64,000 nt of DNA from Trichoplax adhaerens (GCF_000150275.1 NW_002060944.1:437614-501613); one strand, 5' to 3'. Positions 39,260 through 57,094 are shown, counted from the first letter of the stretch. Numbers and translations: made by a program. The notes: a model not told the origin generated them from the sequence alone.

Positions 39260-42200
39260 TCAAAAATGATTTACAATAAACAAATGAGCAATCTTGCTGC
39301 AAATAAGGTTGAATATTGAAAGAAACGAATGTACGGTATATCAATACCTAGTTTTAGGCAGTGCCTCCATTGTATTATTTATTTCTTCTATTAAAATAAA
39401 GCAGAGCATTTCGTTAGTTGATATTAGTAGAATAGCTTAAAAGTCGAGCTTAATAGGCCAACTAAGCTCAATCTTTATTTTAACGATAACTTACCCAATG
39501 AAAATTTAAGCTGATTAGCAGAGAACGCAACTTGCACAAATTGTGTCAGTCTGTTTAGTGACCATTCAACTAGTTTATCTGTGTCTGGATCTATTCATGG
39601 ATGGCAAATAAACATTTAATTTACCGTGTCATATTACTCAAACTAATAAAATTTCACACGTGACAATGATTATTAAACTTTTACTTTGGCTAGACGATGA
39701 TGTTGTTATTTGTTGAATACATTTTTGTAAATCCACAGCAATCTCTTGCATCATATTCAATGAGATTGTTAGAGTAGGCGGAGAATTCTTATTAGGTATT
39801 TCTGCTTCTTTGTGATTACTGCACTCTGACAATGCTTGAAGTATTCCACATTGAAGCTTTGAACATGAAATATGAACTAAAATATATAGGCACAATTAAA
39901 TAACCTTAATGAATTATCTTACATCACAGCTTGTGTGCAACATTTAAATTATTTAAAATGATGGCTGTTGTACTATGCGAATGTTTAGTATAAGGTAATA
40001 ACCTTCTTCTATCGTTTTAACATTAGCTGGCTCATTACGGCATATATACAAGAGAGGCACTAATGTACTCCATCTGGCTAAGCCATAAATTGTTGAATGG
40101 ATTTCGCTACAGTCCATTTTATCGTTTTCAGTTTTTGATGAATAAAAATGCGGTAAGTTTTCAGTTGTTTTTGCAACAGTGAAACTATGAGGATTGGAAA
40201 CAGTCCATTCTGCTACAATTCGCATTAATGAAATCGGTGGTAGCCGTGGATAATTATTATTATCTAATGAGCCAGAGTTACCTTTAAGAGGAATGAGTTG
40301 AAAACCATTAATTATCAGTTGCAATCGAATACGAAAGTTACTGAATAATACAATAATAAAATATCGAGTACCTACACAAAATAAATATTCTAACCTGGTT
40401 TAATATCAAACAAGAGTGTAAAGGCAGTAATCAATTGAGCTACGAAAGTAGGCGAACAGTTGCATAAATCAAGTAATGTCTGTTGTAAATCAGGTACAAG
40501 GAGACAATAATCTGCTAATAGCATTTCCGCAATATTTAAAGAAGCTTGCCGATCCGATGTATTACATTTCTATAATATAGACAGCGAAAGTTAAAGATTG
40601 CTAATGTTGATAACACGTGTTTATTTCAAGGAAAACTACTCAACGCTAATTTCATCACAAGATTAACTTAAGCTTGTCTACTTGTTTAACACTAAATTTA
40701 TATACGGAAGACAATGATAAATATTTATTAAATATTTAACCTCTAGCCAAAGTGCAGCTCCATTCAGTACAGGTACACAATTTAAAGCAATGCACATTGA
40801 TACCATTCTACTAAGGACTGACATCTTGACTTCTTCTACCTAAGCAAGATTGAACAAGAAACATTACGTGAAATATCAAAGATGAGTAGCAATCCCCATT
40901 AAGTGCATTAAACGCTCATTGTACATAGGTGAGCTAAAAGAGTGTTCCGTTTACCTCATTGCAACTACTAGAAATGCCAAATAGCGCATCCAGTATGCAA
41001 TAAGAAATATGCGATGACTGAATATCATTAAACTGTGTCAATAAGATTTCAAATAATTGCAATTGTTGCATCGCAGTCGTTTCGAACCAATGATTGACGT
41101 TTACAAACTTCTTTTTACAGCAAGGCTGAAAGATAAATTTTTCGATCAAGGATTCAATCGTTTGGTTATTTTTAAATTGCTGTATTTTAACAAATTGTTG
41201 GACGGTTGATGCATGATCTTGAACATAGTCTTTTAATTTACTCATTAATCGAATAGCACAGCGTGGAAATCCATCTGAATAGAGTAATTTCTCAAAACGT
41301 TGGATGGTAGCAGCATTTAATTGCGCCGTTAGTGTAAATTTGTCACCTATTTGCAAAATTTCAATCAATAATCAATGAAATGAATCATCACCTAATCGTA
41401 CCATCATCGAATTGTAGCAAAAAGTCCAGAATCAAGCATACTGACAATAATCTCATATGAATTATGCTATGCACATTGCCGAATGCTAGTATGAACATTG
41501 ATGATGTAGCAACTGATGGAGGCACCATTCTGATAATAATCTCATGATACATTATCTATGTTAACAGTAATCGAGTATTAACACTGATGATACAACTTAA
41601 ATGATAATAATAGCGATAGAATATGTTGTTTTAGCTAGTTATCAAGGTGATCATACTGACAATTGTAATCTCACGTTATGATACTTGCAGTATGAACAGT
41701 ATTGTAGAGTATAAAAACACTGATGATGAAAGACTTTTGGAGAATATAATATGTGGCATTAACAAGCTATCAAGACGACCGCACTGACAATATTCTCATA
41801 CTGTACTATCCACGTTATCAATAACAGAGTATCCATTTCAATGCTGATGACGATAAATTGCTACAGATCGAATGTAGTAAGCAGCTTTTTAGCGAATCAT
41901 GTTATCCTCTTTAAAATTAGTAGACTATCAACATGGAATACGATGGAACTAATAGATAGAATACGTGGCTTCATTAATTAAGTCAGCATTGAAGAAGACT
42001 GTACCAGTGCTAACATCGTGTTATACTATGCAACTACACAGACAATCATCTCTACTAAGTTCTCTCTAACCATGCCATCGTACCAGAATAGTAGTTGAGT
42101 ATCTACGCTGATGATGATGGGAATCATACGTACAAATACAATAATAGAGTAGAGTATCAATCCAGATTACGATCGATCTTAAAGTAAAAGGTATAAGTCG

Positions 42201-42905
42201 TTTTGGCCGAGTTATCCACAGTCTTAACTACTCCAACATGATAAGTACTCGCTATGATGAATGATGTTACTTCCGATGGTCTACTGCTGTCGGCATCCAA
42301 ATAGAAAGAAAATACTATCAAGGTTAGCTATCGACCTGAATAGTAGTCGAGTATCTACGCTAATGATGATGATGGAAATAATACACACAGAATAAACACA
42401 ACAGTAGAGTAGAGTATCAATCCAGATTCTGATCGATCTTAGAGTAAAAGGTACAAGTTGTATTGACGAGTTATCAACAGGCCTAACAGCTCCAACATGC
42501 GGACTTCTCGCTATGATGAAAGATGTTACCATCGATAATCTACTGGTGTCGGCATACAAGCAGAAATTAAATACTATTAACGTATAGCTATCCCCCTAAA
42601 CAGTAGTAGTAGTAGTAGTAGAATATGTACGCAGACGATGATAAGAATAATACACACAGAATAAACGCAATAGTAGAGTAAAGTACGCGTATCAATCCAG
42701 ATTATGATGGATGTTAGAGTAAAAGGTACAAGTCGTTTTGGCGATTTATCAACAGACTTCACTAACAGCTCCACCATTCTAACTTCTCGCCATGATAAAA
42801 CTATCGATGGTCTACTACTGTCGGCATACAAGCAGAAATAAATTGCTATCAAACATAGCTACAGTGACTTTCATCGTCTATTTCCAACCCTAACTTACCT
42901 TCCAT
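39260..42905 (-). CDS. INTS15: Integrator subunit 15 (C7orf26 homolog)
   Basis: 7-nt coding part of exon 1 (ATG GAA G, 42899-42905) splices in frame to GDKFTLTAQ...; IESLIEKFIFQ, QQLQLFEILLTQF, ILDALFG, KMSVLSRMVSMCIALNCVPVLNGAALWLE, PPISLMRIVAEWTVSNP, GLARWSTLVPL and SLNRLTQFVQVA resemble the recalled human C7orf26 sequence. Confidence 0.8.
41430..41850. repeat. Degenerate repeats in INTS15 intron 1
   Basis: c(at/gc)actgacaat..(a/t)tctca at ~41438, ~41652 and ~41781; acactgatga at ~41581 and ~41717. Confidence 0.5.
42088..42862. repeat. Three ~250-270-bp tandem units in INTS15 intron 1
   Basis: tatcaatccagatt..gat.gat.tta.agtaaaaggta.aagt...ctcgc.atgat...tctact..tgtcggcat.caa..agaaa occurs three times. 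Confidence 0.9.
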
Positions 42906-43792
42906 TCTATTAACACGATTGATTGATGATCAACTTGGCTGCAATGGCTGCAATCCAGGCCAATCATCGAGTAAAAGTTCCTTTCCTTTTTGGCCGCTTG
43001 CAAGCTGCTGGATAGTAGAGATGAAGATGGATTGTGAGCAAAATGAGCTGTCACTCTATAGTCTCGTCTTGACCAAATTATACTATCTGATATCGAGAAA
43101 GAAACGGTTATCGCATGACAGCCTATTTTGCGCAATATGACCGCGGTATGAAGCTATAACAAGCCAGTATCATCGATATCTTGATAGTGATCACTGTGAT
43201 CTTTAGTAGTGTATGATACAGTTGTCAACCAACAAGAACTGCAACCTACACAAGACTGACTCCAGCAGTGGGCTACCGTCCGTATGTCCGAATATGTTGT
43301 CTTAGCAAGACGGTCTAGGACTTGCAAATGGCTGCCAGATACATCATCCCTAGCTGTAAATTGACAAAATTATAAGTAGTATTTAGAAGCATATCATCAA
43401 AACTAACGGAGTACGTTATGAATAATTAGTGCAAAGGTAAATAAGGGATTTGTCAAAGTAGACCATTCTTATGGCAAGCCAGGCTAATGAAGAGTCTGAT
43501 GACAGCGATGTAGACCTAATATTTCTAGCTGTATTCAGTAGTTTGGTAGGGTAGATACAAATCGAGTAGACATGCATATCGATTCCGCTGTGCTACTTTA
43601 TTTATTTATTTATAAATTGGATTCGTTGTGCATTATAACTCAAACATTATATTAGACGCATATTCTCACTATTCATATCAGCATATTCGTTGGTACTTAT
43701 ATCGATACCACCATCATTTGACAAAACTACAAGGCATCATATTATTCATTGAAAATTGCCACTTACACCTAGATCATATTATCAATTGTATC

Positions 43793-44200
43793 AGTAGAAA
43801 CTTTAACTAGTAGGATAAATTCGCAATTTTGACGCCAAAAATCGATGGACGATAGAGTAGAACATTGACTTGAGTATTTGTGATAAAACTGATTAGTAGA
43901 AACTGTAATTGCTAGGATAAATTCACAATTTTGACGCCAAAAATCGATAGACGATAGAGTGGAATATTGGCTTGAGTAGTTGTGATAAAACTGATTAGTA
44001 GAAACTGTCATTGGTAGGATAAATTCACAATTTTGACGCCAAAAATCGATAGACGATAGAGTAGAACATTGGCTTGAGTACTTGTAATAAAACCGATTAG
44101 TAGAAACTGTAATTGCTAGGATAAATTCACAAATTTGACGCCAAAAATCGATAGACGATAGAGTAGAACATTAGCTTGAGCAGTTGTGATAAAACCGATC
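43793..44200. repeat. Minisatellite, 4 x 102 bp
   Basis: Units start at 43793, 43895, 43997 and 44099 (agtagaaactgtaattgctaggataaattcacaattttgacgccaaaaatcgatagacgatagagtagaacattggcttgagta...). Confidence 0.97.
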
Positions 44201-44509
44201 AGAAATTATTAATGCATACAGTATTTGCTTCATAATAAAGTATTAAAATATACTAACTGGCAGCATTGATACTGGTTTCTAATGTGCAAATAGAGTTTAT
44301 TCCTTGAACACATAATATACCCGTATATACTATAAATACAGTACTATTGAAAAACAGTCCAAGAATTGATTTGATTTAAAAACGAAGCAAAGTTAACAAC
44401 ATCAAAATTAAAGCAATCGAATTATAACCAGCGTGACAAGCTTTCCTATTAGATACGATAATCATACGAAAACACAAAACGGCGAAAATATCGTGAAAAT
44501 AAAAGTGGT

Positions 44510-48677
<4,168 letters not shown>

Positions 48678-50109
48678 AATGTTGAATGTCTACGAGACTA
48701 TCTAGTTTTCTATTACTCTTTTACCGTTATTGTCATAATCTATGTGCATACCAGATCTTGGTGAATTTTTTTAACCTTTGTAGCTTTATCAGTATCAATT
48801 TAATTTTAATTGCGTAGAGAACAATCATTCTTTCTTATTTGATTTAATTTTTCGAAATCTTGATCATGACTTTTCCACTTCATGGCGAATTTCTGCAGAG
48901 CATCTGAAATTCATGTTTAGATTGAACTATTTTAGATAAAGTTTTGCACATCCATATAGTCTCAGTGTTCCTTGATTTAATATTATTTCTACTTATTCTC
49001 ACTAACCATCCGACCTTGACAAGCTCGAAGATACTTATCGAAAGAATAAATAGATTAACAAAATTTTTAAATGTTTCGTCTAGATAGATTTGTTCACTCC
49101 AGGGCTATGGAAGCATCATTTGTTACCTAATCTTTTTTACTATATTCTTCAATTTTATCTCTCATAAATACAACATCTATACCGACCATAATTATTATCA
49201 GAGCGAATTGTATAGATAATGCGTTGGTATCTTGAATAATCGAACCTATATTAATAGATAAATACTTGATAGTATTCCATGATTGTGGATAATTTAAAGT
49301 ACCCTACTTCCCCGTAATTGTAACTCGTCATTAGCGAATATTAACCTTGGTATCCAGTCTTAGCTATGTCAATAAGCGATTTTTAATCTACATCTGCAAT
49401 AAATGACTTAATCATACGCAATAGCTCTACTTTGCTCAGTGCTATATCAATTCAAAATGTAAATAAAGATTAATCTATTACACTAGCTGTAAGGTTCGAA
49501 TTTCATTAGTGACAATAATACTGTAAAGTATAATAACACAACAAAGGTGCATGTGCATGTCCTGTTATTAGCATGCCAATCCTAAACAATCGTAATAACA
49601 GGTAAATATTTCAAGAATGATATTGAATGCTGATATTCAACACCAGCTCAACACCTGCTGTATTCAATTTTAAATATCTTTATAGAAAATCGTATTTATT
49701 TGCATATTATAACTCTTTTCATTTAAAATATTAGCGTAAACAGACTCTTTACCTATAATTAATGCAAGCATGATAAGACGGAATGCATGCTATAATTCTT
49801 TTCGATAGTTCGGCAGAAGCATGCAGAATTTGTTTACTGAGCTACTTTGGTTAGTTAACATACTGAAAACGATGCTTGTAAACGGCCTTTTATTTGCATT
49901 CCGCCATTTTATTCCGAGAACTAAGTCACCTCTATCGATGAACTACAAATATTCACTAACCCTCGCATGTTACGTGTTGCCTTCTTTGCTGCCTTGCAGT
50001 CGAAAGACAGCAAATTACGTAGTGCTAATTAGCAGATTGATTATAGATCAATTTGCTCAATTGTCTCGATACAGCAGTCTACCTATACTGTTTACCGTGC
50101 CCAATACTT

Positions 50110-50960
50110 ATACCTATTTTGAACATAGAATTCATTACAAGAATAAGAAATATCCATCCTAATGATATCCTTAAGTCTTGCTTAATAACTTTCCAACATG
50201 CCAAACTAATATATTTTAAACGCTTACTTTGCTATCATTTCATATATAATCACTTTTATTTGCATTAAAAACTTATACACTACCCCTATGATATATAGCA
50301 CTTCGAGAGAGCACATTTTTCCTTACAAACAAACACATCGCTATACAATAATTTCAGGGATATATAGTATTACATTTACAATGCACTTAATTTAATTGGT
50401 TCAGATCAGTAAATAGAAATGCAATTAACAGTTCCAGTTTACAATATCGATTTAATTGTGCTATCTTAATTGTTCAATTGAACCAATCAGTACTAAGTAT
50501 CCCATTGGAATACCGCTAAATGCAACCGCATAACCGAATTAAGCTAATATAGACATAAAATGATTTGGCCTCTAAGTTTTATATGAACTTTTAGTTATCA
50601 CAAGTCCTCATTGGTCAGAAATCAGACAGTTTGTGCTAATAACATTCATAACTTACATATTTTGAATGTAATAGATTTATTGTATATTCGTATTGTAGTA
50701 AATAACTCGCATACCAGAAAATATAATGTTACCGTGGAACTTCTTACGGCAATTAGACAAAGTATTGAAGACTTGGCTTATTTACAAATACGGCTATAGA
50801 TTTAGACCGAGAGCTGGAAGACTATTTTAAAAAAGTCAATTAATCTAAGTGCTCTTAGTTTTGGATTAAATTTAATTAATCCAAGCTTTATCTAGATTGG
50901 AAGTATCCACAAAGATACGCGAGAAGTAGTAACTTCAAGACAAGGTTAGCATAAATTTAT
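50110..50960. repeat. Duplicated ~850-bp block X, copy 1 (copy 2 at 55520-56400)
   Basis: Colinear similarity, e.g. ctttccaacatgccaaa, ttgaaccaatc, ctaagttttatatgaact, ataacttacatattttgaatg, agacaa(g/c)gttagc. Confidence 0.85.
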
Positions 50961-51002
50961 TTTAATCTGTATATAGTATCCATAATCCGCATAATTTCAA
51001 AC

Positions 51003-51410
51003 GTAGACTAAATTGATTTCCTTGTACACTATACACTCAGTATACAGCCAACAAATTCACTGGGAATTAGCAGAAGCTCTAAATCTAATTGAGAGCACCA
51101 ACATTGATCATGGCTTGATATCAAATATACCACCTGTAAATGGCACAAATGTAGACTAAATTGATTTCCTTGCACTCTATATAGTCGACAGATTCACTGG
51201 AAATTAGCTGAATTTCTAGGTCAAACTGAGAGCACCAACATTGATCATGGCTTGATATCAAATATACCACATGGAAATAGCTAGACTGTCAAGCAGGTAA
51301 CGAATTCTATGCTTTGCCTAATACTCGTACACCTATTATACTGTAGTATGTAAAATTATATAGGATCTATAGGATTAGTAGAACATTCCATTGATACTAA
51401 TGAGTCGCTC
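51003..51410. repeat. ~135-bp repeat family R (2 tandem units plus shared tail)
   Basis: gtagactaaattgatttccttg...gagagcaccaacattgat...gatatcaaatataccac; also at 53651-53860 and 63409-64000. Confidence 0.9.
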
Positions 51411-52077
51411 AATATTACTTAATCAATCTACTTATATGACTATTTGGTGCTTCAATATTGTCTAGCTACGAGATCGATCAATAATCAACCTCCAGGTAGC
51501 AAGTAAGATGATGGCGGTCATCATCGTTTTCTCTTCTTTGCCCCTTGGAGCCTCTGCGATGATTACAGTGTATACTACTGCATAATGTAAAAATTGCAAG
51601 TTTACTTTACAGTACAACTATATCAAATTAATCTCGTACTATACAGTACATTGTGAAGTATACAGTTAAATTCTCTAGATCGACGCCGTGTTTAATAAGG
51701 GACTGCTACCTGCTCACTGCTCAGCCATGGTTTACTCAATATTGATAGTTATTAATTACTAGTGCAATCAGTTATTGATAAACTAAGCTAAATGAAGTCT
51801 CATCCGGTGCTAGAAACACTGTTGTTGTCTGTGGTCTAGCTAGTAATTATCGGATTACATATTTCCTGAGTCCGGTATTGTCGCCAATGTTGCACACTTG
51901 TAACAACAAGTCCATGACTCAGCTCAGCTAAAGCAAAACTCGTCAATGACCGTGAATAATCTTGTTTCAGTATTAGAGTTGACCTAGTTAGTATTCCTAG
52001 ATGGAATCCAATGATCCAACGTATTATTCAGAGTAGTAAGTACTGACGACTTATCCTAGGCTAGTTGGATGATTTCT

Positions 52078-52965
52078 ATGGCACAACCTGAAGATTTGAT
52101 ATTATCCGATGTCTATTTATCCAGCTACAACCAAACTCAAGCTCTGCAACCTCATCAGTCTGCAAGACAATGTCGTTAAAATGATAAGATAACTCGATTC
52201 GCTTATCGGACTAGAAGCGAGCAAGAAGAGGAGGATGATGATGATCGATCAGACATGAATTTCGATAGCGATGGAGATATGCAGTTGCAGTGCAGAAAAA
52301 TAAACAAGAAGAGCTTTGCAAGATCGGTGCTCATACGACACTGCATGGCCACACCTTTACAGCAAGTGGGTTTACAAGTTTGAAGAGGGGCTCTACTAAT
52401 GTGTGATTTTATACTTCATCATGTTCGGCTATTTCGAGAACGTTATTGTTTAGAATTAGGAGCAGTTGTTGGCCTAGCGAGTCTAATAGTAGCGCCCTAT
52501 GCAAAACGCGTTTATGCAACTGATATTGGTGACGATATTCTAAAAAATTGCTACCTCAATCTTAACTACAATGAACATTTACTTGCCAATAGATCAATTT
52601 ATGATATCATTCGAGTTCGAGAATTAAATTGGCTAGATGGTATACCGAAACTAGATTCTAATAGTGCAGCCGGTACAATAAACGCTCAATTTTCGTGGCT
52701 AAAGGATGATCTTCTCGAATTGTATGATTGTGTCGATACGATAATCGCGTGCGATGTTATTTATGATGATAACCAAACAAGTGCATTATTAACATTAATC
52801 AAAGACATACTAACGCTAAGGAATTCAAAAAATAGTAGGAAACTGTTTATGTAGCTATGGAAAAAAGAATTAATTTTACTTTAATAGATTTAGAGGAAAC
52901 TGCACCAGCTTATAATCATTTCCTCAGCAGCTTGAATGAGCTGAAAATAGAATAACTTCTGTGAT
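52078..52965 (+). pseudogene. METTL22: Intronless METTL22 methyltransferase pseudogene
   Basis: LILSDVYL, DSDGDM, IRHCMATPLQQVGLQV*RGALLMCDFI, CLELGAVVG, VYATDIG, VRELNW, IIACDVIYDD, then frameshifted VAMEKRINFTL...APAYNHF. Lesions: TAA 52177-52179, TGA 52381-52383 at the conserved Trp, frameshift near 52850. Confidence 0.88.
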
Positions 52966-52989
52966 CATTTTAGAAATCGCACGCTCATT

Positions 52990-53250
52990 AGTAAATTATA
53001 TAGAAAGATTCCAATTGCAATTATTCCTAAATTCCGATAAATAGTTTATCGTATATGACTGGCTGACGAGTATAGTTCATTCCCATCACTATCAGAGTAG
53101 ATCCTATAAATCTCTTACTTATAATGTCTTTGCCATATTGTTACAGTATGTTAATATGGACTGTATTTTACTAACCTTCTGATGATTGAATTATTTTTAG
53201 AAATATTTCATATTGTTATTACTAACTGACGGCGCAATAGTTATTACAGG
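52990..53250 (+). pseudogene. Copine fragment (intron plus start of the [12 protein letters not shown] exon)
   Basis: ttctga.gattgaattatttttt(t)ag.aa.tattt.atatt.ttattactaactga.ggcgcaat matches ~48154-48220. Confidence 0.8.
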
Positions 53251-53280
53251 AGGTAAAAACACGATTGTGAAATCTTCTGC

Positions 53281-53860
53281 TATTGTTTGCTTGAAGATTA
53301 CTCCTTTAAGAAAGACGATGAATGCATCATTAGCTAACATAACTGATTACTCTGCTATACTACCCACATCAGTATAAAATGTACGCCACGATTGTCATAA
53401 TTATAATCAGAGCAATTGATATAAATAAAGCATTTGTATATTGAACACTTGAATGTATATTAGAATAATATTAGATAAATACTAGATAGCATTGTAAACT
53501 TGTGCATAATCTAAAGGGGATTTCGTTCTATTGCAATCACCTGTCCCAATAAAGTGCTCAATTTATTAAACTGACATCGACAAACTACCTTTAGGAGGGC
53601 TCAAAGCTAGAATAGACAATGATAGCATCCATAATCCTGTATAAGTACAAATGCAGACTAAGCTGACTTCCTTGTACACTATACAGCAAACAGATTCATT
53701 CGAAATTAGCTAAAGTTCTAAATCGAATTGAGAGCACCAACATTGTTAATGATTTGATATCAAATATACCATCTGCCAATCACTAGACTATCAAGCGCGA
53801 TTTTAGCTAATTCCATGCTAGCCTAATACTTGTACTCCTGTTATAGTATGTACAGTATAT
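53281..53860. repeat. Segmental duplicate of ~63058-63530, including an R unit; part also matches 49170-49300
   Basis: tattgtttgcttgaaga...ttagcta.cataactgattactctgctat...ttaggagggctc.aagctagaatagac at both sites. Confidence 0.9.
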
Positions 53861-53879
53861 TTATATATTGCGTCCTTAT

Positions 53880-55190
53880 GACGTGCTGCCATAATTAAGA
53901 CTATTATAATACAACTATTAAGCCAGTATTAGTCGACTATCATACAGTTTGTTCGCGTAAGTACCGTAATCTACTGCTTCTGTTCTATTAATTTCTAGCT
54001 TACGTTTAATAGTATGCGCATATCATGCCAATGAAGTGGCAATATCGGGACTAAATTTATTATCCTGTAATTTCTACTTAGCTACTGCTTCCAATTCAAA
54101 ATATGAATATAAATCCTCCACGTTACTAAATCACTTTGCATAATCCATGTATTCTATCGTTAAATGCGTAGATATCTCAAAATGCTTATACAAACATGTA
54201 TCAATTATTATATAATTATTATTGCATACGAACTTTCCGGGGCCTCTAGAGTATTTCCCGTCACCCCGGTAGAATCTACTAAAAGTAAATCAAAATATCA
54301 TCGTAAAACGATTGCAATACGTGACGTCAATATTATCTCGAAATAATCACTTACACAAAGATTACGATCTAACATATCATCAAAAGTATTCTTTTACAAT
54401 TTTCAATCCTAATTTTATTATGAGCTTGTATTACAATCATACAGTATGTAGAAATGCTAGATAGTTAAACTACTACTGATAATATTTAGATGAGTAACCT
54501 TTAATAAGAAAATGGGTACTATTTTCATAATCGATCTCTACACGATAATTTTAAGTTCTGGAGCTATACTAACAACTTTATTAATGCTATTAAAGATATA
54601 AATACGTATTATTAAACGCAAAGGTAGCACTTCTATAATTTCATTCATTGTTTGTTTTATTTTACAGTTCCCAACTTAACGGCATTTCCAACTGGATTCA
54701 GATATCCAATATTCTTTGTTCCAACAGTAGCAGCATCGCCTTCACTTTGTGGTTGGCTTATTGGTACTGTAGTTGGAAGTGCTATATTATTTATTGTGGC
54801 TGTTGTAATTTTGACTGTTAGGCGCTATCGTTAGCGTAGCTATGTAGCACGATAGTAACAACAATACAGAGTTCTTTGAACCGTTTATAACATTTATAGA
54901 AAATGTAATTCTACACATTACTAGCATACCTCCATTTCAATCGAAATAACATGGTACCATATAAAGACTGTGTTACACTTGTAGCTTATCCTAAAAGTGG
55001 TCATTCTAAGTTGGATTTTAAAATCTAGGTGTGTTATAAATCGATACTTGTATCGGCAAAACATTAAATTTATAACAAAAAACATAAGATTATGAGTCTA
55101 CTGTCAAGTTTATCCTCACCGACAATAAGAAATTGTCAGTGAGGAATAGTAACCACTAGTCTCTCTTTAGAAAAACTGAACCCAAACTTT
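53880..55190 (+). pseudogene. Decayed duplicate of the 3' end of the CUB membrane gene (60320-61690)
   Basis: ctattataatacaactattaagccagtatt.gtcgac exon end with gtaagt donor; TM exon PTGFRYPIFFVPT...GWLIG..VILTVRRYR*RSYVAR**QQYRVL* carries premature stops; 3'UTR colinear. Confidence 0.82.
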
Positions 55191-55519
55191 ACTGACAATA
55201 ACGATTGTAATAACTGGTAAAGATTTTAGGTATAATGTTAAATGATCCCACCGAACACCTGTTGCGTCTAATTTTAAACATCATTATGTGGAAATCAGCA
55301 TTTATTTGCATGCTATAACACTTTATATTAAAAATTTTAACGTAAGCGGGCTCTTTTTCTACGTTCAAAGCAAATAGGATAAGACGAAATGGCTGTTGTA
55401 ATTCTTCATGATATTTCGGTACAACCATGCGGAACTTGCATTACTGAAATACTCCAGTAGATCAGTTAGATTAAATATTTCGGTACAGTAGCTTAACTAT
55501 GCCGTTTGTCGTACCCAAA

Positions 55520-56400
55520 AGTTATACCTATTCTGAATATAGAATTACAATAGTGCCAATATTCATCCTCATAATATCCTTTAATCTTTCTTAATAGCTT
55601 TCCAACATGCCAAATTAGTTTACTTTTAAACGTCTCATTTTGATATTGTTTCACATATACAATTACTTTTTCCGCATTAAAAACTGTTAGTTGCATGCCA
55701 CTCCTATGATTTATCTAATTATCGTTGTGACAGGCTCACTACCAGTACCACAATAGCGTTCATTTTTCCTTACAAACGCATCGCTATACAATGATTTTAG
55801 GATTATATAGTGTAAAATTCACAATGCACTTATTTTAATTAGTTCAGATCAATTGATACAGATACAATTAACAGTTCTAGTTTATAATAGTGATTTAATT
55901 AGCATTATTTTAATTGTTCGATTGAACCAATCTGTATTGAGCATTCCATTGTGATACTGCTAAATGTAAACCATATAACTAAATCAAAGTGATGTAGATG
56001 TAAAATCAATTTGACCCCTAAGTTTTATATGAACTCATAGTTATAAATAGTCTTTCTTGGCCAGAAATCAGGCAGTTTTTGCAAACAATATTAATAACTT
56101 ACATATTTTGAATGCAATAGATTTTCTGTCTACGCGCATTACAGTAGGAAGAGCGCATGCCAGAAAATATATTATCGTGGAATTTTTAACAATAAGTACA
56201 CAAAGTATTAAAAGCTTGGCTTATTCAGCAGACACAGCAATCGATTTAAATAGAGAGCTAGAAGACTATTTAAAAGAGTCGATTATTCTTAGTGTTCTTA
56301 AATTTGGATTAAATTAAATTAATCTAAGCTTCGTCTGGATTAAAAGTAGCCATAAAGATACGTAAGAAGTGCTAACTCCAAGACAACGTTAGCGTAAATT
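55520..56400. repeat. Duplicated block X, copy 2
   Basis: Colinear with 50110-50960. Confidence 0.85.
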
Positions 56401-57094
56401 TAGTAATTTGCAATTATCGTATAAAGTTTAGCCCTTTCTCTAGCAGTAAAAGTATTTCCAAAATCAGTACTGTAATTGTCGTCGAAAGACTAAAAAAATA
56501 TCGGCTATTTGAAGATTAAAGCTATCATCATCATCATTCGTAATTAAAATATTTAAGTATTGGTTTCATACTTCAGTACTTCCAATAACTAAGAGTAAAT
56601 TTTCAACCTCGAGGATAACTACTCAAGTAAATAATCAATTCAGTCTAATTGCTGTATTAATCCTAACTATTATCTAATCTTTACATGAATTTGATATTTT
56701 GCTTTCGGGTTTGTTTCTTTATACAATTAAGAGAGAATATTCAACCTAAACAGTAACCGCTTCTTGCAACTAGTCAATTTCGTCTTATCATTGTAGTTGC
56801 TCGCCCAAAATATAGTTCAACAACTTAATGTGACTATCGATTTTTAAATTTCTTTCTTCAAATATAACAAGTGAACGTGTAACTTAAAGAATGATATACT
56901 TCATGATACTGATCAGTTCATTCTTATCACTGTAGTTATATACGCCAGTCTAATTTGTTTCTGTTGGCGATACTAAGGTTGTTCGCGTATTAAACGTAAA
57001 TATGAAACCATCACATATGGAGCTTGCTAATTTAACTTAAAGTTTCATAATAATTATATTACCACGATAGTATCGATTCAAATATTACTTTATG

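Noticed and set aside
42250-42345. Box C/D snoRNA (ATGATGA...CTGA with short terminal stem)
   Set aside because: Antisense to the host intron, box D lost in the sister repeat unit, no recognisable rRNA guide
42884-42898. CCAACCCTAAC as a telomerase RNA template
   Set aside because: It is the reverse complement of the INTS15 intron 1 donor region (GTAAGTTAGGGTTGG); no pseudoknot or H/ACA context seen
42281-43140. ORFs 42281-42559, 42577-42852, 42890-43135 and 42919-43140
   Set aside because: Derived from intronic tandem repeats and the INTS15 5'UTR; no protein-family features
43793-44200. CRISPR-like array
   Set aside because: Whole 102-bp units repeat with no unique spacers; eukaryotic context; no cas genes
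49821-50268. ORFs 49821-50162 and 50053-50268
   Set aside because: No domain signal; they straddle the junction into duplicated block X and are not preserved in the second copy
52381-52383. TGA as selenocysteine or readthrough in METTL22
   Set aside because: It replaces a conserved Trp (TGG to TGA) and co-occurs with a TAA and a frameshift
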